NCBI GenBank assembly: GCA_024403995.1
Contig: JAKSQT010000002.1
Location: 22,149 to 86,148, forward strand
Length of the DNA: 64,000 nucleotides
From: Ruminococcus sp.
GTDB taxonomy: Bacteria > Bacillota > Clostridia > Oscillospirales > Ruminococcaceae
Direction: 5' to 3'
Shown here: one piece after another, positions 29,006 through 38,312 of the stretch
How the letters are laid out: every line of letters begins with the position of its first letter
Numbering within the stretch: the first letter of the stretch is position 1
Program-made: the position numbers and the translations under genes
The notes under the pieces: model-generated
Seen by the model: only the letters and a program-made list of their open reading frames with translations
Told to the model about the DNA's origin: nothing
The model's database searches: none

Positions 29006-29284
29006 ATGACAAAGACTGAATTAATCAGCGTTGTTGCTGATAAAACAGACTTCACCAAGAAGAACGCAGAGGCTGCTGTAAATGCTATGATTTCTGCTAT
29101 TACAGACGCTCTCGTTAACGGAGACAAGGTTTCAATCGTTGGCTTCGGTACTTTCGAGGTTCGTGACCGCAAGGAAAAACAGGTTATTAACCCACAGACA
29201 AAGAAAATGATGACTGCTCCTGCTTCAAAGGCTCCTGCTTTTAAGGCTGGTCAGGCACTCAAAAACGCAGTAAACACTAAGTAA
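29006..29284 (+). CDS. hup: DNA-binding protein HU
   Basis: MTKTELI...GFGTFEVR...NPQT...PAFKAG; start ATG 29006 after GGAGG. Confidence 0.95.
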   Translation: MTKTELISVVADKTDFTKKNAEAAVNAMISAITDALVNGDKVSIVGFGTFEVRDRKEKQVINPQTKKMMTAPASKAPAFKAGQALKNAVNTK

Positions 29285-29309
29285 TTCATTTATCAAGGAG
29301 GTTGCTATC

Positions 29310-29723
29310 ATGGCAAGAACATCGAAGAAAGCTGCACAGGCTGCAGCAGAAGTAAAAGCAGAAACACCAATCGTAGAAGCACCAATCGCTGAGGAAGCAC
29401 CTGCTGAGCAGAAAGCTCCTGTTGAAGAAAAGAAAGCTCCGGCAAAGAAGGCTGCTGCTAAGAAGACTGCAGCTCCAAAGAAACCTGCTGAAAAGAAGGC
29501 TCCCGCTAAAAAGGCTGATGCAAAGGCAGAAGCTGCTGAGGAAAGAAAAGTTGTCATCCAGTATGGCGGTGCTGAAGTTGCAGGAACTGAACTCGTTGAA
29601 AAGGCAAAGGCTGTTGCAGGTATCAAATCTGCAAAGAGCATTGTTGTTTATGTAAGACCAGAGATCAACAAGGTTTACTATGTTATCGATGAAAATATCT
29701 TCGGTAATTTCGACCTTTTCTGA
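29310..29723 (+). CDS. Lys/Ala/Pro-rich protein with DUF6465-like C-terminal domain
   Basis: PAKK repeats, then IQYGG..V...VYVRPE..KVYYVID. Confidence 0.75.
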   Translation: MARTSKKAAQAAAEVKAETPIVEAPIAEEAPAEQKAPVEEKKAPAKKAAAKKTAAPKKPAEKKAPAKKADAKAEAAEERKVVIQYGGAEVAGTELVEKAKAVAGIKSAKSIVVYVRPEINKVYYVIDENIFGNFDLF

Positions 29724-29746
29724 TTGCGACCCCTGAACATGCAAAC

Positions 29747-29777
29747 AAAAGGCTGCGGTTTTTCCGCAGCCTTTTTT
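29747..29777. terminator. Bidirectional terminator
   Basis: aaaaggctgcgg/ccgcagcctttt between convergent genes. Confidence 0.85.
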
Positions 29778-31038
29778 ATTCGGATTCTTCTTCGTCATTA
29801 TTTACGGGCAGAACCTCAATAATGACCTTTTCGACATTCTTTTCGTTGACTTTTATAGCTGTGATACGGAAAATTCCGGTTTCAGCAGTTTCTCCTGCTT
29901 CAGGAATATGCTCCATGACATCAGTCACCCAGCCGCCGACTGACGTATAGTCCGTGGTTATCATATCCTCGTCAAGGTCGAGCATTTCAAGCATATCGCT
30001 TATATTCATATCGCCTGCAACCTCATATTTATCAGGTGCAACCATGAAAATGCGGTTTTCGATCTCGTCGTCCTCGTCGTATATATCACCGACAAGCTCC
30101 TCGATAATGTCCTCAAGTGTAACGATACCCTTTGTGCCGCCGTACTGGTCTGTGACAACAGCAAGATGTACCTTTGAACGCTGCATATCCCTGAGAACTT
30201 CGCTGATAAGCTTTGTATCGGCGATATGCGGTACGTCCTGAATTATGCTTTTTATGTCATTCCTGCCTTCAACGAGCATTTTATAGAATGCCTTATTCGT
30301 TATCATGCCCACAATTTCGTCGAGACTTTTTTCATAGACAGGCAGTCTTGAATACATCTGTGAACTGAAAGTGTCCTTTATCTCGTCTATGGGCGTATTT
30401 ATGTCGATACCTACGATCTTTACTCGTGGGATAAGTATTTCGCTGACGGTGATCTCGTCAAATTCAAGAGCGCTTTTCACAAGTTCGCTTTCCTGTTCCT
30501 CAATTACGCCCTGCTCCTCGATCTCGTCTATCATGTATTTTAGTTCATCTTCGGTTACGCTTGGTGAGCCGTCGCCTGTTGAGATGAGCGACGAAAGCTT
30601 GTTGAGGAGAATTATTGCCGGCTTGAAAATGACAACAAGCACAGAAAGCGGAGAGGCAAACATGAGAGCTATTTTCTCGGCATTTTTCTTGGCGTAGGAC
30701 TTTGGCAGAACTTCGCCGAAAATAAGCACAAGAACTGTGATGACGATCGTTGATACAGCCGCACCCTTTGATCCGAAAATATCCACGAAAATTATGGTGC
30801 TCACAGAAGATGTTGCGATATTTACTATGTTGTTGCCTATCAGTACGGCAGTCAGCACCTCGTCAAATTTGTTTGCAAGCTTCAGGGCTTTTGAGGCTTT
30901 CTTGTTTCCCTGAGCTTCGTAGTTTTTAAGACGCAGCTTATTGACGCTTGAAAAGGCGGTTTCTGTACCTGAAAAAAGTGCGGAAAATACCATCATGACG
31001 ATTACAAGACCTATTTTCCATAATTGTGAGTTATCCAT
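29776..31038 (-). CDS. CNNM/CorC (HlyC family) transporter
   Basis: FSGTETAF, LIGNNIVNI, GEVLPK, CBS pair, DQYGGTKGIVTLEDIIEELVG. Confidence 0.9.
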   Translation of the reverse strand: MDNSQLWKIGLVIVMMVFSALFSGTETAFSSVNKLRLKNYEAQGNKKASKALKLANKFDEVLTAVLIGNNIVNIATSSVSTIIFVDIFGSKGAAVSTIVITVLVLIFGEVLPKSYAKKNAEKIALMFASPLSVLVVIFKPAIILLNKLSSLISTGDGSPSVTEDELKYMIDEIEEQGVIEEQESELVKSALEFDEITVSEILIPRVKIVGIDINTPIDEIKDTFSSQMYSRLPVYEKSLDEIVGMITNKAFYKMLVEGRNDIKSIIQDVPHIADTKLISEVLRDMQRSKVHLAVVTDQYGGTKGIVTLEDIIEELVGDIYDEDDEIENRIFMVAPDKYEVAGDMNISDMLEMLDLDEDMITTDYTSVGGWVTDVMEHIPEAGETAETGIFRITAIKVNEKNVEKVIIEVLPVNNDEEESE

Positions 31039-31074
31039 GTTTTTCCTTTCTGTTGATAATTGTATTGATGTCAG

Positions 31075-31917
31075 TTATCTGACCGGCAGTGAGTCGACAA
31101 GTTCAAGAAGAAATTCGCATATTGTGAGCGAATCCATATTAGTTATGCCGTCATTGCCGTATACATCGGCATTATTCATGCCGTGTGATGTTATATGTGA
31201 CTTGTCTGAGCCGTTGATGCCGTATTTATCGGGATTTACAAGCGACTGCATGATAAGAACGCAGTCACCCATATTTATCTCTTTATCGCAGTTTGCATCT
31301 CCTGCAAGATATGAGGCGGTTCCGCCTGAAATGCTGATTCCGCCGTTTTCAATGCCGTTTGTGAAAAGCCATGCCTGCATGAGTCTGCCGCATTCGTTGT
31401 CCTCGGCGTTGTTGAAAACGTCCTCGGTGAGCTTTTTGTTTTCGTATACGACTTCAACAGGGAAGAAGTCGCCGCTTTTCGCATCGGACGGCAGTTTAAC
31501 GCTGAATGTCCACATAACGCCGTCAGTTCCGTAATTTTTCAGACCTGATGTTGCAAGGAAAACGCAGTTATCCTTGAAATCAGAAGAAGAATTGAGCTTT
31601 ACTATAGCATTGCCCGACTGCGGAGCTGAAACAAGTTCAAGACGCTTGTCAAAATAGACGTGAAAGCCTGATGAACAGTATTTTCCGTCAGCGCCTGAAA
31701 CAGTCAAAGAGATAGTCTGAACAGGCGATTTTTCGGCTTCTTCTTTTGTTATAGAGATGCTGCTTATTGTAAGCATGGGTCTGACTTCAGATGCAGTTAT
31801 CTGTTCTGTGGTATAGTCACATTTATAGGTTTCCGCAATGACTGCATTATTCACAGAGAGAGCTGAAAATGCTATGACAAAAGCGGAAATCACGCTGAAT
31901 AATCGGTTGGTTTTCAT
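31075..31917 (-). CDS. Cohesin-dockerin adaptor scaffoldin (ScaC-like)
   Basis: Signal peptide, cohesin-like beta domain (YFDKRL...FSVKLPSDAKSGDFFPV), dockerin GDANCD...DCVLIMQ/ADV.GNDGITNMD. Confidence 0.8.
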   Translation of the reverse strand: MKTNRLFSVISAFVIAFSALSVNNAVIAETYKCDYTTEQITASEVRPMLTISSISITKEEAEKSPVQTISLTVSGADGKYCSSGFHVYFDKRLELVSAPQSGNAIVKLNSSSDFKDNCVFLATSGLKNYGTDGVMWTFSVKLPSDAKSGDFFPVEVVYENKKLTEDVFNNAEDNECGRLMQAWLFTNGIENGGISISGGTASYLAGDANCDKEINMGDCVLIMQSLVNPDKYGINGSDKSHITSHGMNNADVYGNDGITNMDSLTICEFLLELVDSLPVR

Positions 31918-32242
31918 AATGAATCCTCCTGTACCGATACAAGACAGAGCTGAAAATACAGCTACACAGCCATTATAACATAAAATATATTAAAAATCAA
32001 TAGAAATTCAATTCTATAAGAATAAAATATAAGGAATCATTACCGCTTTGACGGTTAAATTATATGCACTGCTATTATTAAAAGTTGCACAAATAAGAGA
32101 AGACATAGTTGTTGAAAACATAGAAAATCTATTATTTTTACAATTTGAGTTAATAATACTCTTGAAATGTGTGCATAATGTGATATAATTGTATACACGG
32201 AATATATTATGATAATAAAAACTATATGGGGGGATAATTCCG

Positions 32243-32866
32243 ATGAAAAAAACTATCATTACGATCGAGAGACAATACGGAAGCGGCGGAAGCTACATCG
32301 GAAAACTTGCAGCTGAAAAGCTCGGTATAAATTGCTATAACAGGCAGATTCTCGAAATGACCGCTCAGCAGTGCGGTATTGCACCTGAGTTCCTTGAAAC
32401 AGCAGAGGAAAATGTTCCGACAAGTTTTCTTTATTCATTGCTCCTCTCGGCTAATCCGACGAGGACTATGGAGGAAAATCTTCCTCTTTCCGATAAGGTG
32501 TTCCTTATGGAAAGCAAGATTATCGGAGAAATTGCCAATAAAGAAAAAAGCTTCGTGCTCGTTGGCAGATGCGGAAACTATATCCTTGAGGACAGAGGAT
32601 GCTTCAGCGTGTTTATATATGCTGATGCAAAATCACGTGTAAAACGTGCCATAGAGGAATATCACATTTCGGAAAATAAGGCAGAGTCTATTATGAAAAA
32701 GGCTGACAAACGCCGTGAAACGTTCTATAACGTCAATACAGGCGGTGTATGGCAGGATAAAGACCAGTATTCGCTTTGCCTCAACAGTGCCCTTCTCGGT
32801 GACGACCTGTGCGCTGAACTTATTGTCAAGGCTTACAATGAGTATAACAAGCAGTTTGAAAAATAA
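32243..32866 (+). CDS. Cytidylate kinase-like family protein
   Basis: ITIERQYGSGG, VLVGRCGNYIL. Confidence 0.88.
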   Translation: MKKTIITIERQYGSGGSYIGKLAAEKLGINCYNRQILEMTAQQCGIAPEFLETAEENVPTSFLYSLLLSANPTRTMEENLPLSDKVFLMESKIIGEIANKEKSFVLVGRCGNYILEDRGCFSVFIYADAKSRVKRAIEEYHISENKAESIMKKADKRRETFYNVNTGGVWQDKDQYSLCLNSALLGDDLCAELIVKAYNEYNKQFEK

Positions 32867-32960
32867 ACGACTGATAAGTCCGCTGTGCGTAACGTTGCTA
32901 TGCATGGCGGATTTTTTTGTATATATGCATTTTTTCTGCTTATAATACATTTGCAGGGAG

Positions 32961-33686
32961 GTGCTTGCCGTGAGCATAATTCTTTTCAGGTCACTTTTGC
33001 TTTACATTCTCGTAATTTTTGCCGTCAGACTTATGGGAAAACGTCAGCTTGGCGAATTACAGCCGTCAGAGCTTGTTATAACCATTCTTGTTTCAAATAT
33101 CGCAACTCTGCCGCTTGAAGATGTAAATATACCTGTGATCGTCGGTGTTACGCCTATTCTGTCGCTTGTCTGCATTGAGGTCATTATGTCGTGGCTGATA
33201 CTCAGGTTTCCAAAACTCAGAAAAATGGTGTCAGGCAGTCCGAAGATCATCATACGAAACGGCGTGATCGACGTAAATACGCTGAAAGAACTGCGATTGT
33301 CCGTTGATGACCTCATGACGGCAATGCGTGGAAGCGACGTTTTTGACCTGAATGAGGTGCAGTATGCCATTGTTGAGACTACAGGCAGTTTTTCCGTCAT
33401 GAAGAAGCAGTCCGATGATACTCCGGTACGAAGTGATCTGCTGAAAAATGTAAAGTGTGAAGATCCGCCTGTGCTTGTTGTTTCGGACGGGAAAATTCTG
33501 GATAATGCTCTTAGCTCGCTTGGATTTGACGTAAATACCGTGGAAAATGTGCTGAAACGTGCAGGAAAAAAGCTTGATGATGTACTGCTTATGACTGTTG
33601 AACGGTCTGGAAAATGCTATATTGCGTGGAACGACGGAGGCAAGCCGTTTGCTGATAAGGTGGGGGACTGCAATGACAAGAGTTAA
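32961..33686 (+). CDS. DUF421 (YetF-like) spore membrane protein
   Basis: RLMGKRQLGELQP, AIVETTG.FSV. Confidence 0.88.
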   Translation: MLAVSIILFRSLLLYILVIFAVRLMGKRQLGELQPSELVITILVSNIATLPLEDVNIPVIVGVTPILSLVCIEVIMSWLILRFPKLRKMVSGSPKIIIRNGVIDVNTLKELRLSVDDLMTAMRGSDVFDLNEVQYAIVETTGSFSVMKKQSDDTPVRSDLLKNVKCEDPPVLVVSDGKILDNALSSLGFDVNTVENVLKRAGKKLDDVLLMTVERSGKCYIAWNDGGKPFADKVGDCNDKS

Positions 33687-34050
33687 GATAAGTGCCGCAA
33701 TTCTGCTGATACTCATTGCAGTCAGCGTAATTTCAGGAATATGGGTGAACAAATGCTGCACTGAGATGATAGCCGAAACATCTGAGATAGCACAGCAGTA
33801 TATGGAAGGCGATATTGCGGCGGCTCATGAGACTGCTGTTATGCTTGAAAATGACTGGAACAGCTTCAATGCCATTGCGTCGGTTCTTCTCAGAAACGAG
33901 AGACTTACTGAGGCAGAGCGCATTGTCTCACGTATCGGGCTTATGACCGAATTTGATGAAAAAGAAGTCATTCCGCAGACATCTGAGCTTATAAAACTGC
34001 TCGATACTCTGAGAAAAGGCGAAATTCCGTGCCTTAATACGATTTTCTGA
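33673..34050 (+). CDS. DUF4363 family protein
   Basis: N-terminal TM helix, W motif, C-terminal E.P.L.TIF; follows DUF421; start moved to 33673. Confidence 0.7.
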   Translation: MTRVKISAAILLILIAVSVISGIWVNKCCTEMIAETSEIAQQYMEGDIAAAHETAVMLENDWNSFNAIASVLLRNERLTEAERIVSRIGLMTEFDEKEVIPQTSELIKLLDTLRKGEIPCLNTIF

Positions 34051-34063
34051 GGTAATGGAAGTA

Positions 34064-34090
34064 ATAAAAGGCATATCCGCTGCATAGAAT
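34064..34090 (+). promoter_or_regulatory. sigmaE-type sporulation promoter
   Basis: ATA-16-CATAGAAT upstream of the sleC-like cluster. Confidence 0.6.
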
Positions 34091-34107
34091 GTGGCAGAGG
34101 TGATTTT

Positions 34108-34716
34108 ATGGATAAAACTCAGATGGAGCGCTACAGAGAGGAAATGATGCAGCTTTACAGTCGGCGCAATGCTGATGATGAGCAGATAATGCCTGAAAAT
34201 GACGAGGAAAAATACCCTGAGCCAGACATTTCCGAACTGTATGAAAATGACGAAAGTTCGGAAAAGTCTGACGATGAAGTATTTGAGAATGCAGAAAAAA
34301 GCTACACGAATTATATCAATGACGGATATGTTTTAGCTTATGTGCGGACAGGAGACGAATCGTCACCTGTGGTCGGGGCAAATGTGACGATAACCGCCGC
34401 AATCGACGGCAGACGTGTGATACTTGCATCGGGACTTACCGACATGAATGGTACTTCACCGAGATTTCGCCTGCCTGTGCCTGATATTAGTCATTCACAA
34501 AGCCCTGAAGCCGAAATACGACCGTACAGCCTGTTTGATGTGAGCGTTTCGGCAGAAGGCTATTTCAACGCAAGAAGCGTGGATGTACCTGTTTTTTCGG
34601 GCGTGACTTCGGTGCAGAATTTCAATATGATACCTTTGCCGCTTATGGCTTCGCCTTCCTCGGAAACTCTGACGTATTACAATCAGGAGCCTGACCTGCA
34701 AAGCGGAAGGGAGTGA
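34108..34716 (+). CDS. Stand-alone SleC pre/pro-region-like protein (carboxypeptidase regulatory-like fold)
   Basis: PVVGANVTI...TDMNG...LPVPD...RPYSLFDVSVSAEGY resembles the N-terminal region of clostridial SleC. Confidence 0.7.
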   Translation: MDKTQMERYREEMMQLYSRRNADDEQIMPENDEEKYPEPDISELYENDESSEKSDDEVFENAEKSYTNYINDGYVLAYVRTGDESSPVVGANVTITAAIDGRRVILASGLTDMNGTSPRFRLPVPDISHSQSPEAEIRPYSLFDVSVSAEGYFNARSVDVPVFSGVTSVQNFNMIPLPLMASPSSETLTYYNQEPDLQSGRE

Positions 34717-34720
34717 TGCG

Positions 34721-36115
34721 ATGCTGACAGGTAAACCGTTTATTCCCGAAACTATTACAGTCCACCTCGGATATCCTGATGAAAATGCGCCGAATGTCAC
34801 GGTGGATTTTGCCTCGTACATAAAAAATGTGGCATCAAGCGAGATATTCCCGACATGGCCTGAAAATGCGCTGAGAGCCAATATTTACGCCATTACGACA
34901 TATGCTCTGAACCGTATTTATACCGAATGGTACAGGTCAAAAGGCTACGATTTTGATATTACTTCGACCACGCAGTACGACCAGAAATTTATCAATGGCA
35001 GGGAGTATTTTGAGAACATAAGTTATCTCGTTGACGAGCTTTTCAATGATTATGTGCGGCGGCAGGGGACTGTTGAACCGCTGTTTACGGCATTTTGCAA
35101 CGGCACGACATCGACTTGTGACGGGCTTTCACAGTGGGGGACAGTTACACTTGCAAATCGTGGATACACGCCTTATGAGATATTGCAGTATTACTACGGA
35201 AACAACATCGACATTGTGAAAAATGCACCTGTGAAAACAACTTTGCAGTCATATCCTGATATGGTGCTTCGTCAGGGAACGGCAGGAAATGACGTGCGTT
35301 TTTTGCAGATATATCTCAATCGCATTTCGGGAAGTTATCCGGCAATCCCCAAAATACCGCAGGCTGACGGCAACTTCGGCAGAGCTACCGAGGACGCTGT
35401 AAGAAGGTTTCAGGAGGTTTTCGGACTTGAACCTACTGGCGAAGTCAATGCATCGACATGGTACAGGATAACATACATATATACCAGTGTAAAGCATATA
35501 GCAGACCTTGATTCCGAGGGCGTGACAATAGACGAGATAACGCCGATATATCCGGAACAGCTTGGTATCGGCATGAGCGGCAATGAAGTTGAGGTGCTCC
35601 AGTATTATCTTGCAGTTGTCGGGGCATATTACGAGGCAGTTGCTCCTGTTGAAGTTACGGGATATTTTGGTGAGCAGACTGAGCGTTCACTGAAATCATT
35701 CCAGCGTGTATTCGGACTTCCGCAGACGGGAATTGCTGACCGTGCGACGTGGAATGACCTGTACAGGGCGTATGAGGGCATTGCTGTGACCGTAAAGCCT
35801 CAGTATACGCCTGTTGCCCTGTATCCTAACAGAGTGCTTCAGGAAGGTTCGTCAGGGGAGTCTGTGCGTATCCTGCAGGAGTACCTGACGTATATCAACC
35901 AGACCTACAGAAATATACCTGCCGTAAATAATACGGGTTACTATGGTCAGCTTACAAAGCAGTCAGTCACGGCTTTTCAGCGGCAGTTCGGGATAAATCC
36001 CACCGGTATTACAGGAGCGGTTACATGGGACAAAATTGCAGGCGTATATTCAGACCTGAGATACGGCTTTGACAAGCGTCCGTATCAAAATCCCGGTTAT
36101 ACGATAAGGGGGTAG
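34721..36115 (+). CDS. sleC: SleC-like spore cortex-lytic enzyme (SpoIID/LytB domain plus three PG-binding domains)
   Basis: YIKNVASSEIFPTWP, LNRIYTEWYRSKGYDFDITST, LSQWG, then three PG_binding_1 repeats. Confidence 0.85.
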   Translation: MLTGKPFIPETITVHLGYPDENAPNVTVDFASYIKNVASSEIFPTWPENALRANIYAITTYALNRIYTEWYRSKGYDFDITSTTQYDQKFINGREYFENISYLVDELFNDYVRRQGTVEPLFTAFCNGTTSTCDGLSQWGTVTLANRGYTPYEILQYYYGNNIDIVKNAPVKTTLQSYPDMVLRQGTAGNDVRFLQIYLNRISGSYPAIPKIPQADGNFGRATEDAVRRFQEVFGLEPTGEVNASTWYRITYIYTSVKHIADLDSEGVTIDEITPIYPEQLGIGMSGNEVEVLQYYLAVVGAYYEAVAPVEVTGYFGEQTERSLKSFQRVFGLPQTGIADRATWNDLYRAYEGIAVTVKPQYTPVALYPNRVLQEGSSGESVRILQEYLTYINQTYRNIPAVNNTGYYGQLTKQSVTAFQRQFGINPTGITGAVTWDKIAGVYSDLRYGFDKRPYQNPGYTIRG

Positions 36116-36118
36116 CAT

Positions 36119-36613
36119 ATGCCGTATACAGATGAGCAGAAACGACAGCATATCGCTGAAATTCAAAGGTATCTGCAATATATTTCAGAGCGTGGCGGAG
36201 ATATTCCGCAGATGGTATCCAATGGCATCTATGACAGCAATACAGAAAATGCCGTCCGTGAGTTTCAGCGCAGATACGGACTTGATGTGACAGGTGAGGT
36301 GAACGGTGATACATGGGACGAGATAGTGAGAGTATACAGATCGTATCTTGAAACCGAACCTGAGCCGCTTGATATCTTTCCGTCAGGCAAGTATATCTGC
36401 AAAAACGGTGACAGCGGAGAACTGGTTTATGTAATTCAGGTACTTCTCAAGGAGCTTAGCCGCAGATATGACAATATGCCTGATGTTGCAGTAAACGGCG
36501 AATTTACAGATGATACAGCCTCGGCAGTCCGTGAATTTCAGCAGAAAACAGGTCTGCCGCAGAATGGCGGGGTAAACTGCGAAACGTGGAATATGCTTGT
36601 TAAAAGCATATAG
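36119..36613 (+). CDS. Peptidoglycan-binding domain protein
   Basis: Two repeats of G...T..AVREFQ...GL...G.V...TW. Confidence 0.85.
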   Translation: MPYTDEQKRQHIAEIQRYLQYISERGGDIPQMVSNGIYDSNTENAVREFQRRYGLDVTGEVNGDTWDEIVRVYRSYLETEPEPLDIFPSGKYICKNGDSGELVYVIQVLLKELSRRYDNMPDVAVNGEFTDDTASAVREFQQKTGLPQNGGVNCETWNMLVKSI

Positions 36614-36787
36614 GCAACACCGCACAAAGCACGTCTGACGACTTTGTACGTCATAAACTTGTATCTTTTCCGTCATCTTGCACAGAAATTCTTTGCCATA
36701 CGACAGTATGCCTGCAAAATTTCTGTACAATCTGACGAAAAATCTAACTGCGTTTCTGACGCACAATCTTTGTGCGGTGTTACCATA
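36610..36787. mobile_element. MITE-like repeat family A, copy 2
   Basis: Near-identical to 27995-28172; its left end overlaps the TAG stop of the upstream gene. Confidence 0.8.
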
Positions 36788-36831
36788 ATAAAATAGCCGC
36801 AGCATTTTATATTCAATGCTGCGGCAAAGTT

Positions 36832-37302
36832 TTATTCAATAGTAACTTTTTTCATTATCTGCGGCTGAACAGGCTTGTCTCTGTAGTCTGTAGCACATTC
36901 TGCGATCTCGTCAACAGCTTCCATGCCTGAAACTACCTTGCCGAAAGCGGCATACTGTCCGTCAAGATGAGGAGCATCTTCATGCATGATGAAGAACTGT
37001 GAGCCTGCGGAATCCGGCATCATTGAACGGGCCATTGAGATAACGCCTCTTGTGTGTTTAAGGTCATTCTTTACGCCGTTTGATGAAAATTCACCTTTGA
37101 TGTTCCAGCCCGGACCACCTGTACCTGTACCGTTAGGACAACCACCCTGAATCATAAAGCCCGGGATAACTCTGTGGAATGTAAGACCGTCATAAAAGCC
37201 GCTCTTTACAAGCTTTTCAAAGTTTTCGCAGGTGATAGGTGCGATGTCAGGATAAAGCTCGATGCTTATTTTTTTTCCGTTTTCAAGTTCAATTACAACC
37301 AT
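36832..37302 (-). CDS. Cyclophilin-type peptidyl-prolyl isomerase
   Basis: FHRVIPGFMIQGG, SMAR, SAGSQFFI, HLDGQYAAFG. Confidence 0.95.
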   Translation of the reverse strand: MVVIELENGKKISIELYPDIAPITCENFEKLVKSGFYDGLTFHRVIPGFMIQGGCPNGTGTGGPGWNIKGEFSSNGVKNDLKHTRGVISMARSMMPDSAGSQFFIMHEDAPHLDGQYAAFGKVVSGMEAVDEIAECATDYRDKPVQPQIMKKVTIE

Positions 37303-37315
37303 TATGGTTCCTCCG

Positions 37316-37777
37316 TTAATTAATATGTATTTCTATCTGACTCGGAACTTCGATACCGCTGATGTCGAAGGTAGTAGTTTCTGTCTTATTATGTTCAGAC
37401 GCTTCCTGTTCTTCCTTCTTCTTCCGGCGATCGTTGTATCCGTCAAGAATTGACTTTTGTTCTGTCGTAGTGACAGGGGGTGAATCAGTGGATATCATAG
37501 AAGTTTCAATAACTTCATGGAACATATTTGTAATTTCAATATAATTCTTTTCAGTTGTTATTTCCGGAACAGTTTCACTTGTTTCCTGATTCCTTAAATG
37601 TTCATCATAATATTTATTATATGTATTCTGAACGGTCGTTTCTGAAGCAGTGGCATTCTGTTTTCGTGTGAGTTTATTTGTTTCGTTGATATTTTCAGCG
37701 CATGATTTGCCTGCGATTATTACAAACAGTGCGGCAAGAAATGCAAGAGCAAGTGCGGTAGCTCTGCTTGCATCCAT
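37316..37777 (-). CDS. Hypothetical exported Thr-rich protein
   Basis: Hydrophobic N-terminus ending in GKSC; GGAGG RBS. Confidence 0.65.
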   Translation of the reverse strand: MDASRATALALAFLAALFVIIAGKSCAENINETNKLTRKQNATASETTVQNTYNKYYDEHLRNQETSETVPEITTEKNYIEITNMFHEVIETSMISTDSPPVTTTEQKSILDGYNDRRKKKEEQEASEHNKTETTTFDISGIEVPSQIEIHIN

Positions 37778-37852
37778 ATTTATCCCTCCCCGTGAAGATT
37801 TACATGAATATTATACATCAAAAATGCCGGTTTGTCAATATAACAGTAAATA

Positions 37853-38055
37853 TAAGGCAACACCGCACAAAGCACGTCTAACGACTTTGTACGTCATAAA
37901 CTTGTACCCCAAGGGCACTTCCTTCGGGCGCTCTTTTTCGTCATATTACACAGAAATTCCTTGCCATACGTAAGTATGCCTGCGAAATTTCTATGCAATC
38001 TGACGAAAAATCTGACTGCGTTTCTGCCGCACAATCTTTGTGCGGTGTTGCCATA
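37853..38055. mobile_element. MITE-like repeat family A, copy 3 (with ~25-bp internal insertion)
   Basis: Same terminal inverted repeats; extra cccaagggcacttccttcgggcgc at about 37908-37931. Confidence 0.8.
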
Positions 38056-38095
38056 AAACAGTATAAGAATATCCGAAAAAATTTTCAAAAACTAC

Positions 38096-38124
38096 TTGAC
38101 AAGCATAAAAAAATGTGCTATACT
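38096..38124 (+). promoter_or_regulatory. rplJ promoter
   Basis: TTGACA-17-TATACT with extended TG. Confidence 0.8.
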
Positions 38125-38152
38125 ATAAAAGCTGTGAAAACAGTACATATCG

Positions 38153-38266
38153 TATTCTAAAGACAGCCGGCATGACGCAAGTCTGTAAGTCCCGCCGAGG
38201 AATAGCAATAAGTTTATAACGAACTTTTATTGTCCTTTTCCGAACTGTCGGTAAAGGGCTTTTTTG
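38153..38266 (+). promoter_or_regulatory. L10 leader (ribosomal protein autoregulatory attenuator)
   Basis: AAGACAGCCGG...CCCGCCGAGG core plus a terminator hairpin with T-run before rplJ. Confidence 0.8.
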
Positions 38267-38312
38267 TTGCTTCTGAATACGATCTATACATTTTATTCGG
38301 AGGTGAATATTT

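Noticed and set aside
29225-29798. Long antisense ORFs opposite hup and the PAKK gene
   Set aside because: Shadows of strongly biased Lys/Ala codons
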